NCBI GenBank assembly: GCA_964187785.1
Contig: OZ076410.1
Coordinates: 38,688,001 to 38,752,000, forward strand
Reading direction: 5' to 3'
DNA: 64,000 bases
Source of the DNA: Amphiscolops sp. MND2022
Lineage: Eukaryota
The position numbers were made by a program, and so were the translations under genes. Of this stretch, positions 24,589-35,793 are shown piece by piece (the stretch's first letter is position 1; each line of letters begins with the position of its first letter). The notes beneath the pieces are model-generated. The model searched no databases, had not been told where the DNA came from, and saw nothing but the letters and a program-made list of their open reading frames with translations.

Positions 24589-24832
24589 TTCAAATCATAA
24601 AGTTTATGTTTAAAGATATTGCTTAGTGTCATGATCAGTAAGAAATAAATTCAAATCATAAGTTACCGTTGAAAATTTTGCTTACTGTCATGATCAGTAA
24701 GCAATTAGTTCAAATCATAAGTTACCGTTGAAAATTTTGCTTACTGTCATGATCAGTAAGAAATTAGTTCAAATCATAAGTTACCGTTGAAAATTTTGCT
24801 TACTGTCATGATCAGTGAGCAATTAATTCAAA
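24589..24832. repeat. 59-bp minisatellite, ~4 copies
   Basis: Unit TTCAAATCATAAGTTACCGTTGAAAATTTTGCTTACTGTCATGATCAGTAAG(A/C)AATTAG; shifts by 1 nt per 60-nt line. Confidence 0.92.
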
Positions 24833-25269
24833 CAAAGCAGTAAAACGAACTTAAGAGAATTTAGGTTAATTTTTTCTGAGAAATTATGTTAAATTGGAGA
24901 AGATTTGATATTTAATGTGATTTGATGGTTTGAGGTTGAAGCATGTTTTGTAAGTGTTCTCCAGATTTGGAATATATTTGAATAACAAAATATTTGAATA
25001 ACAAATATTGGAAGTTTTGACAACAAGTAGTCATGTTTTGTTTGTTTGACAGTGAGCAAATTGACGAGAAACTCTTTGAAGTGAAGTGTCCAAACTGCAG
25101 ATGGAAAAGCTTCATTCCCAAGAAAAACTGAAACTTCCAGAAATACTCAAATATTTCATCTTCAAGGACCCACATAATGTGGGAAAATCAAAAAACAACC
25201 CCAGTTAACAGAAATTCAACAAGGACTCAACTCAGAAAGTTCCCGGGACTCAAAACTAGTATCTGCTGT

Positions 25270-25469
25270 NNNNNNNNNNNNNNNNNNNNNNNNNNNNNNN
25301 NNNNNNNNNNNNNNNNNNNNNNNNNNNNNNNNNNNNNNNNNNNNNNNNNNNNNNNNNNNNNNNNNNNNNNNNNNNNNNNNNNNNNNNNNNNNNNNNNNNN
25401 NNNNNNNNNNNNNNNNNNNNNNNNNNNNNNNNNNNNNNNNNNNNNNNNNNNNNNNNNNNNNNNNNNNNN
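25270..25469. other. Assembly gap (200 N)
   Basis: Run of exactly 200 N. Confidence 1.
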
Positions 25470-25759
25470 GTTATGAGTACATGGAATGGTTTCTAAAACA
25501 GTGAAATATTATCTAAAGTCGCTAAATTATTCTCTGAAATCGCTGGAATATGAATTTAACGTCACCAAAATAATCGACAAAACAACTGGCATAAAATTTT
25601 AGATCACCGAAATTAAAACATTTGAAAAATTTGAATCCTGGAATATTAGCTGAAATCACTGAAATGAAATTTGAAAATACTGGAACAAAACTTTGAAAGC
25701 ACTGAAGTTTTTAAATCACTGAAATAAAACAAAAATCATTTCAATGAGGACATAGAGCA
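25470..25759 (+). repeat. ~290-bp dispersed repeat, copy 2
   Basis: Duplicate of 19328..19612; abuts the gap. Confidence 0.85.
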
Positions 25760-26119
25760 CCGAAGATTGAGGAGACCGAGCTATATAGACAGATTCTGTA
25801 CAGATAAACTACGAAAGCAGCTATCAGTCAATAACGTATCAGCTGGCGAGCTGGACCTGAAGGCACCTGAACTAGAGTCAACAGGTCATTGCCATATTCT
25901 GCATTATTCACCATATATTATAGTGTAAATTGATTAAAAAGGTACACCGATGATACCTGTAACTTGAGGCGAGTTCATTGCTCTGACACCTAATGTCTTC
26001 GTTCTCATGTTCTCTATCTGTCTCTTTTGCTTTTTAGTCGGCGCTTTTCGAAGAAAAACGCAGACTATAGTAGTGACTTCTTTTTTTTAAGACCAACGAA
26101 CTGACAGATTTTATAACTT

Positions 26120-26575
26120 TTATAAGTTGGCACTAACACTAAACCGGCACTAACACTAAACCGTGTCACACTACTTCACTGCCACTTGGCCACTACGGCT
26201 TTTTCGAGGTCTGACAAGCAGAAGGACATGGGTTCGAGTCCCGCCATGACCAAAAATTTTTTGTGCAATTTTTTTTTCGGCTTTGTGAGACTTTTTTCGC
26301 AAATATCTCCAAAGGGTCCATTCTTCATTTTTTTTGTCTATTTTGCAAAAAAATGGATGTTCAAAAACTCCCAAAGGGCCCCATTTTACATGTTTCGGCA
26401 CTATGCGACTTACGGGTGACCAAAAAAATTTTTGAAAAATTTCAAAAAAAATCGGAATTTTTTTTCAATTTTTCTTCAAACGGGTACTGTAGAAGAGAAA
26501 ACTTGACACTTTGAAGTCCTTTTGTTATTTTTGAGCCTTAGATATGGCGCCGACTTGGGCCGTTCCCGGCTTGTT
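26120..26575 (+). mobile_element. Non-autonomous repeat family B (AAAGGGTCCC modules, B-box-like GGTTCGAGTCCC, 3' end GGCGCCGAC...CCCGGCTTGTT)
   Basis: Shared modules and 3' end with 61060..61473 and a partial copy at ~28440..28940; left boundary approximate. Confidence 0.65.
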
Positions 26576-27485
26576 TAATATTAAGGCGGGCAAAATAAGC
26601 AACCTTGCTTCCAGAATGATCCTCAAGTTGAAACTGTTTTCATGAGCTCCTAATTTAAAAAAATTGGAGTTTCTTCAATCTTGGTAAGATTTGCGAATCT
26701 GATCGCCATCTGGTAATAAAAATGTAGCATTAATTTGGCAACACGTTGCCTTGGCAGCCAAAATGCTTGGAATTGCTGGGCCAAAAAAGAACTGGAAAAG
26801 CAGGCCGTAAAATATTGTAGATTTATTCCATTGAAAAATAATGATCTTTCACTTTGGTCGTTCAAAAATAAATTAGTTAAATATATTATATTGAAATTGC
26901 AATATATTTTTTACATTGACCGCTTATAACGAAACCTAAATGAGATGAAACGACTTCCAATATAATGCATATGAAATATAACTTTTGACTTATTCCAGGA
27001 ATTTCAATTTCAATGTTCTTTGCTGAAAAATGCTCGGTTATAATTTATCCAACTTTGAAGATTTCTTGTGTTTTTCTGTAAAAATTCGGAGCAAAATCCA
27101 ACAGACAGATGTTGTTTTTCACTTTTTCAAAATTGTAGAAATGCTAAAGAAGCGTGTTGGCATTCTGATAGATAAAAAAATTATTTTTGGGACATTTTTG
27201 AAGGTACCAGACAAACAAAAATTTGTTAATCAAAAAATCCGTCACTTCAACAAACTTTTCGGTGATTTCAGAACAATATGGTAATTTATGTATAGGTCCA
27301 TCTCATCGCAACCACTGATAAAAGTCCCCAGACGATCTGATCTTTTCTCCTAGATCACTGAGGATCTCAAATTGAATCAGAAACTGAACCTCGAAGATTA
27401 CTGTTATGACACTTTGAAATTTTGAAATCTTAGCTGACGTTGTCAATCGACTGGGTACATAACTGAAGCGTTTCAGTTTTGCATT

Positions 27486-27938
27486 TTAGAGTTCTTTCAA
27501 ATGATCATACACAAGCATGCCATTTTTTTCAACGTAAAGGGTATCAGGAGCTAGCCCATTGTATTTTTCACTATGCAAAAATTCTATATGCTGATATATC
27601 CAGTTTTTGAACAAGGTAACTGCTGTAAAAACGCACGTCCGATCAGTCAGGTCTCTACTGTGGCTTACGAAGCTGAAAATTCCCAGTATGCAAACAAGCT
27701 TGCCTTCTCTCCTGTACATTAGAGGACCATCTGGGTCGCCGCTGCATGTCGACTGTTCTTCGGCACCGGAGAAACTCGTGTAGCATGTTTGTGTGGGGCA
27801 TTTGTCCTTGCCACTTTGACGTAAACCTACACAAAAGTCATCTCGCTTCAACGGGGTTTCCATTAATTTCCGATCAACATTTTCTGGAGTTCGACGACCC
27901 ATCCCTTCTCCAGTGATGTACAATAAATATATATCCAA
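27486..27938 (-). pseudogene. Trypsin-like serine protease homologue, C-terminal exon (catalytic Ser motif altered)
   Basis: LMETPLKRDDFC...STCSGDPDGPL...CILGIFSF...VFTAV...WI; canonical GDSGGP reads GDPDGP; a decayed upstream piece (ALLHGYHGYVYGPTW) near 28100-28200. Confidence 0.8.
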
Positions 27939-29460
27939 ATTGAAATCTAAATGGTCCTTTCAAAATATTCCAAAACCTTATTATGGAAAATTGGAGTTAA
28001 AGGAACGTTTTCTGGAGATTCTTTGGCTATCTTGAAAGGTTTTGAATTTTTCACGCCCTTACTAATATCCGAATACGAAAAGATTCAATGCATTTCCATA
28101 TATGGAACCAAATGATCAACAGAAGTTCCATGTAGGCCCATACACATAGCCATGGTATCCATGCAATAATGCAAACCTCATGCAATCATCAGTTAGTGGG
28201 TTATGATAACGTAGTCAAAAGTTACAACTATTGTTCAAAAAGATAGCTTTTTTCTCGCTTTTACAAAGCTATTTTCCAAAACAACGATTGGGTGTGTTTG
28301 AAAGATGGTTGTGACTTTTTGTTGTTACTTTTTACCGAACTACTAAACTACTGGACCGGAAACACAAGCGGAAACGCATTTAGTTAGTGCAAACGGTCCC
28401 ACTTTCCTTTATTCTATTTTACCGTAAGATGCACAACCGGACGAAACCGTTTGATTTTTTTTGGCCCTGACTTTAAAAAAATTGTTGTCTTCAAAGGGTC
28501 CCCCTTCAAATGTTTTGATAATTTGCGACAAACAGGAGTTTCAAAAAGCCCAAAGGGTCTCCCCTTTTACATTTTTCGGCACCATGAGACTGTTTCAAGT
28601 TTCTCATTTTTAGTTTGAAATTAAGTTTTCTCATTTATACCCACAAATAATTGTTATTCAATACTTTCCAAAATTTTGACGTAATATCCGGAGGAAAGCA
28701 CTATATCCGAACTTTTGACGTTATATATGAAGTAAGTTGTTGCGTTTTACTGAGGAGGAGGCGTAGGATCGAAAAGATCGCCCCATTTCTTTCAGCACGC
28801 TATATCCTAACTTCTGAAGCGTTTTCAGAGCACGGTGTATAGAAACTGAAATTTTTTCTTTTAAAAAACGTCCTGAGCATATCCTAAAATCTTTGCGCTT
28901 TTTGAGCCTTAGATACAGCGCCGACTTTAGATGGTCCGTTTTGTTAGGTTTACAAAAACAACATTTCTATATGTTCTTCACTGTTCAATGAGTGGGACTG
29001 TATTGATCAATCAACAAACATTTGTAAAGCGTCTCCATTTAGTCAATTCTATTCCATAAAAAGACAGAATTGATGGAACTGTTACACAATTTTTGCCCTA
29101 AATCATATTCCCTTAAATAATGAAAATTTGCTGAATGGTCAAAGTACAGTAGTGTGATAGAGAAATCATAGAAGTTTTGTATGGAAGCTGAGATACATGT
29201 TCAGGGTCGTCCCTGAACTTAACCTATATGGAGCGTTATGGAACCTAACCTATACATGCAGAGCTGCACAAAAGTAGCTAAAAAAGTCCGTTCTGATTTC
29301 ACGCGGCTCTTGATTGCTCACAATTTTATATAATTGTTTTTTTGAAAATGTTTTTCGGGTTTTGGAACTTACCATCGGTTTCATTGATTTCACTCGTTGA
29401 TATGTTTGCACGTGGATATGTGCTTTGAATTCGTGCACTACTTCAACTAAGAACTCGCAC

Positions 29461-32400
29461 CAGATGAGTCGAAGACTTCCAGGGTCGACCCTCCATGAAT
29501 ATCTTAGTAAGATCTTGGCAAGATCTTGCCAAGATCTTGGAAAAATCTTAGCTAAGATCTTGCCAAGATATTGCCAAGAATTGCTAGATGGTATGGTAAG
29601 ATCTTATCAAGAGAACCATTGTCGTATCCAGTTAGATGCGATGGTTCCGTAGTGCAGCTGTAGGAGAGGAATGTCTGAAGGTACTTAATCAACAAACATT
29701 TTGGACTCCAATAAAACACTTTCAGATTATACCTTTTGAAGTCATGTAAGTTGTTTATTTATTTTATCTTGATAAACCTGTTTTGGACCTATGTTTAGTC
29801 GCCCTATTCATGTAAAAACCGATTCATAAATGAAGCTCGTGCTGAAAAGTTTCATGAATGTGATTAATTTGCGATTTTTGATTTCCATGATACGTAATCA
29901 TACTACAATTAGGTCAACGAATAAGCGTCTATGAGCGTTTTACGAATACTAAAAACACGTCACTATGCATAAAGTAACCTTGCGAATACGCGTCATTATG
30001 CGCAAAGTGATTTCCTGAATATATGTCAACATACGCGTTTGGGATATACGTCAACATTCGTTTTTAGATAAACAGTATATACGGTAATATACGTTTTTTC
30101 ACCGAAAACCTCACACGCAATCATGCGGTTTGAACAACAATGAATATGCGTAACCATACGTTTTTTAGAGAAATACAGTGCATTACTATACGAATTGAAT
30201 CGTTATGTATATATACTATTGTTTGCTTTTGATAAAAATATTCATTTACACCATACGTCATGCTACGGCTCAAGGTATATTGTATCTGCTGCGTTTTCAG
30301 CTAAAAGTGCAATAAGTGAGTGTCGTGTAGTTTACTTCATTTGTTTTGTTTATTATGTTATTTTAGAGTGTCTTTCTTTTGCATTTAGTCCATTCAATCA
30401 TGTTTGTGTCATCATGGGAGTGATATAAATAGGATGATGTTAAATGACGTTGTTCTATGTTTACTTTTCCAGGCTTTTATGACACCTGTGAAAATGATTG
30501 TAATTCTTTATATTTTTTGAAAAGGAGAATTAGAAAAGGAGAGACACAAGAAAAATAACTTCTACCACGAGCAGTTGATACATTTCTTCGTGATCCTGTT
30601 AAATTTTCTTCAACTTTCATCATTTATCCCAATTTTGGTTTTCAAATTAGAAAACATAATTCAAATTCTCCCCCACCAATCATAACAATTTTCTATTGAG
30701 CTAGATGGGAAAAAGAGAAACAGAATGTCGAGAAGGCTTGAAACCCCGTCTCCTGGACCAGATGGTTCGAAAACTTCTCGGGTCGACCCTCCATAAATAT
30801 CTTAGTAAGATCTTGGCAAGATCTTGCCAAGATCTTGGAAATTCTTAGCTAAGATCTTGCCAAGATATTGCCAAGAATTGCACGATGGCATGGTAAGATC
30901 TTATCAAGAGAGCCATTGTCGCATTCATTTAGATGCGATGGTTCCGTAGTGCAGCTGTAGAAGAGGAATGTCTGAAGGAACTTAATCAACAAACATTTTG
31001 GACTCCAATAAAACAGTTTCAGATTATACCTTTTGATGTCACAAAAATTGTTTATTTATTTCATCCTAATAAACCTGTTTTTGGACCTGTGTTTAGTCAC
31101 CCTCTTCATGTAAAAACCATTCATAACTGAAACTCGTGCTGAAAAATTATAAAAACGTGATTAATTTGCGATTTTTGATTTCCATGATGCGTAATCATAC
31201 TACAATTAGGTCAACGAATAAGCGTCAGTGAGCGTTTTACGAATACTAAAAACACGTCACTATGCATAAAATAACTTTGCGATTACGCGTCATCATGCGC
31301 AAAATGATTTCTTGAACATTCGTCAACGTACGCGTTTTGGATAAACGTCAACATGCGATTTTAGATAAACAGTATATAAGGTAATATACATGTTTTCACC
31401 GAATACCTCATACGCAATCATGCGGTTTGAACAACAATGAATACGCGTAACCATACATTTTTCAGAGAAACACAGTGCATTACTATACGAATTGAATCGT
31501 TATGTATATACACTATTGTTTGCTTTTGATAATAATGGTCATTCACACCAGACGTCATCCTACGGCTCAAGGTATATTGTATATGCGGTGTTATGCGTTT
31601 TCAACTAAAAGTGCAATAATTGAGTGTCGTGTAGTTTACTTCATTTGTTTTGTTTATTATGTTATTTTAGAGTGTCTTTCTTTTGCATTTAGTCCATTCA
31701 ATCATGTTTGTGTCATCATGGGAGTGATATAAATAGGATGATGTTAAATGACGTTGTTCTATCTTTACTTTTCCAGGATTTTATGACACCTGTGAAAATG
31801 ATTGTAATTTTTTATATTTTTTGAAAAGGAGAATTAGAAAAGGAGAGACACAAGAGAAAAAAACCTCTACCACGAGCAGTTGATACATTTCTTCGTGATC
31901 CTGTAAAGTTTTCTTCAACTTTCATCATTTCTCCCAATTTAGGTTTTCAAATTAGAAAACGTAATTCAAATTCTCCCCCACCAAACATAACAATTTTCTA
32001 TTGAGCGAGATGGGAAGAAGAGAAACAGAATGTCGAGAAGGCTTGAAACCCCGTCTCCTGGACCAGATGGTTCGAAAACTTCCCGGGTCGATCCTCCATG
32101 AATATCTTAGTAAGATCTTAGCAAGATCTTGCCAAGATCTTGGAAAAAACTTAGCTAAGATCTTGCCAAGATATTGCCAAGAATTGCACGATGGCATGGT
32201 AAGATCTTATCAAGAGAGCCATTGTTGCATCCATTCAGATGCGATGGTTCCGTAGTGCAGCTGTAGAAGAGGAATGTCTGGAGGAACTTAATCAACAAAC
32301 ATTTTGGACTCCAATAAAACAGTTTCAGATAATACCTTTTGATGTCACGTAAATTGTTTATTTATTTTGTTTTGATAAAATTGTTTTTGGACCTGTGTTT

Positions 32401-33360
32401 AGTCGCCCTGTTCATGTAAAAACCATTCATTAATGAAACTCGTGTTGAAAAGTTACATAAACGTGATTAATTTTCTGATTTTTGATTTCCACGATACGTA
32501 ATCGTACTACAATTAGGTCAACGAATAAGCGTCAATGAGCGTTTTACGAATACTAAAAACACGTCACTATGCATAATCAACCTTGCGAATACGCGTCTTT
32601 ATGCGCAAAGTGATTTCTTGAATATATGTCAACATACGCGTTTTGGATATACGTCAACATGCGTTTTTTGATAAACAGTATATACGGTAATAAACGTTTT
32701 TTCACCAAGTACCTCATACGCAATCTTGCGGTTTGAACAACAATGAATATGCGTAACCATACGTTTTTCAGAGAAATACAGTGCATTACTATACGAATTG
32801 AATCGTTATGTATATACACTATTGTTTGCTTTTGATAATAATGGTCATTTACACCATACGTCATCCTACGGCTCAAGGTATATTGTATATGCGGCGTTAT
32901 GCGTTTTCAGCTAAAAGTGCAGTAATTGAGTGTCGTGTAGTTTACTTTATTTTTATTGTTTAATATGTTATTTTACAGTGTCGTTCTTTTGCATTTAGTC
33001 CATTCAATCATATTTGTGTCATCATGGAAGTGATATAAATAGGATGATGTTAAATGACGTTGTTCTATCATTCTTTTTCCAGGCTTTTATGGCACCTGTA
33101 AAAATGATTGTAATTCATCATCTTTTTTGAAAAGGAGAATTAGAAAGGGAGAGACACAAGAAAAATAACTTCTACCACAAGAAGTTGATACATTTCGTCG
33201 TGATCCTGTAAAATTTTCTTCAACTTTCATCATTTCTCCCAATTTTGGTTTTCAATTTTGAAAACATAATTCAAATTCTTCCACACCAAACATAACAATT
33301 TTCTATTGAGCGAGATGGGAACTAAGAGAAACATAATGTCGAGAAGGCTAGAAACCCCGT
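29461..33360 (+). repeat. Tandem triplication of a ~1.3-kb unit: flank + GCCAT + first ~1.14 kb of the E2 5' LTR
   Basis: LTR starts at 29620, 30917, 32223 (periods 1297 and 1306); units rejoin at CCGTCTCCTGGA|CCAGATGG (~30757, ~32061). Confidence 0.92.
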
Positions 33361-33828
33361 CCCCCGGAGGAGAAGAAAACAGGAATAGGGCTGATTCTCC
33401 AGATACAGGTAATATAACTTTAACTAAGTATAACTTGAATGTTGAAAGAAATTGAGGTGAATCTCACTTCAAAAATTGCCAGGTTGAACCTAGCCAAATC
33501 AGCAATGAAATACAAGCTTGGACTGAGATTTTCGAGCAGAAGAATGATGAGTGAATATCGAAAATGAGAGAAGAGATGGAGAATAAACTAGTTGCTGTTT
33601 TGAAAGAAATAAATCAAACAAAAGTCTCTCTACAGTTACGAATCCTAAAACTGGAGTGAATGAAGCCGAAGATATGCAACCCTCAGGGTCCAAATGTAAA
33701 GAGACTATTGGAGTTACCGCATCCAATACTGAAAATTCAGAGTCAAAAGATGAAGATTATCCTCTTAAGGCCTCTGAAATGAAAGACCTGCGACGCCCTG
33801 CTAGCCTTTTTTCCGAAGTGAAACAGAT

Positions 33829-35607
33829 TTGGACGCCACATTAGTTGCGAACGACTTTAGAAACTTGAGAGCAAAAATCGAAGGTCAATCCTTCGATGGA
33901 AATGAATTTGCATCAGACTACCGATTCCGTCATTATCTTCAAAACATTGCTAGAATTGAGATCAAACAAGACGTCCTCGCCCGAAAATACTACACGGACA
34001 CAGGAATGATATCACACTACCAATTTCTACTCCCGAAACAACTTCTGGAAGACTTCCTCCAATCCCTACATGGGCATTATTCAAACCACCCGGGAAATAC
34101 AAAGATGATACAAGAAGCCAGACAAAAGTATTATTACCCATGTATAGCTAAATACGTCAAAAAATGGATTAAAAACTGTCATACATGCATCCAAACCAAA
34201 CGTATTAACAATAACCTCCTATGGACAGAACTCCATAATTGTCCAGAATGGGACCTCGGACCAGAAGCCATCTTACAATTGGATATCCTATCAAACCTTC
34301 CACCAAGCGGAGGGGTTGACCATATTATAATTGCGATAGATGTTTTCTCGAGATATTTGTTTGCCTATCCTGTAACTCGTATCACTGCCACAGCTGTGTC
34401 AAGAGTCATCATGGATATACTATGCAAACATACTTATCTTCCAACGACAATAATAACAGATCTCGGAACCCAATTCAATGCCCAAGTAACCCATGAAATT
34501 GCAGCGGTTTTTGGGAGTGAGCTAAAACATGCTACAATGAAACATGCACAGGCAATGGGACTCCTCTAGAGAACCCATGCCTCCGTCAAAACACACCTAA
34601 AAGCCGCAACAGGCGATTTTAGGAACAATTGGCATAAATATCTCCCATTGGCAGTCCTCAATCACAACACAACATACCATGCCTCATTAGGTTGCGAACA
34701 CTCAAGGGTGCCTCATGGCCGTATACCGCACAACATCCTTGGTTATAAACTAGGTTATAACCCAAATCCTAGATATCACCCAAAAACAGATATTACGGAA
34801 GAATTACAATGTCGAATGCAGATTCGTCTAGATCAAACTAAGAAGAACATTATGCAGTCATATCACAGGTACAAAGCTTACTACGATAGGAAAGCAAACA
34901 CAGCTCCGCTCGAAACGAAACTACGGAATACTGCTATATTTTTAATCCAAAAGCAGATAATCAAGCAACAAAATTTCCGTTCCGCGAATTCAGATGGTGC
35001 GGACCGTAAACAGTAGAAAAAGTTCTCCCAATAAGAATTATATCGTTAGGAGACTTGGCACTAATAGAACACAATTACACAGGATTCGGCTACGAAAATT
35101 TACTCCACAGGCACCCCTAGCGGACATCTTCGTTCGTGAAACCGACTGGCAGAAAGACGACCGAATGATAGTGGCACATGATGACTTATATGCCCAATCA
35201 TGGAATACGAACTTTGGTCCTAATCCCTTCGATGATGGCCCGCCAGAGTTGCCACAAAATGACGAAGACATGGAATACGTCTCGATACAAACACCCGAAA
35301 ATGACCGCCCTCCCTCGATTTCCTAAAAACTAGTGACGGGAGCCCAGTGGAACAAACCACTGTTCCAGAAAAAACTAACAGAGATATAACACCACAAGAA
35401 ATAGTTGATGATGTCTCAATTACAAAAGAAACCCAGAAAGATAGAAACAAAACCCCAGAAAATATCCAAAAAACCCCAGAAAACACCCAAAAAACCCGCG
35501 AAAATTCTCAAAACACCCTATTGCAAGAAGAACCCATAAATAACCGCGGTGCAAAATACAACTTACGTCCTAATCCTAACGCAAACTTCTCAGACTCTTA
35601 TAGATAA
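33829..35607 (+). pseudogene. E2 integrase and pol C-terminus
   Basis: H...NHPG...CHTC zinc domain, LQLDIL, IDVFSRYLF, ITDLGTQF; catalytic Glu position is TAG (GLL*RTH at 34567); ends KYNLRPNPNANFSDSYR. Confidence 0.93.
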
Positions 35608-35793
35608 TAAAAACCATAAACAAACAAAAATCTTTTCGTACTCCTTTTTAATGCAGGAGACCTCATTCTTTTCAATTAGCAACTACTATCCTGACAGATA
35701 AAAAATGGAACGTCTCAATGAATCACAAATAAATACAAATGTAATACAAATGACTTAATTTTCAGTTAAAAACGAAAAGAAGAACTTCAGTAC

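Noticed and set aside
24589-24832. CRISPR-like array (also 17458..17556 and 40522..41370)
   Set aside because: Units are contiguous tandem copies without unique spacers; eukaryotic context, no cas genes.
25177-25476. 99-aa ORF
   Set aside because: Artefact of translating through the N gap.
31952-32255. ORFs such as 32001..32255 and 29425..29652 (LSKILARSCQDLGK)
   Set aside because: Translations of the AAGATCTT palindromic repeat joined to LTR sequence, open on both strands because of the symmetry.
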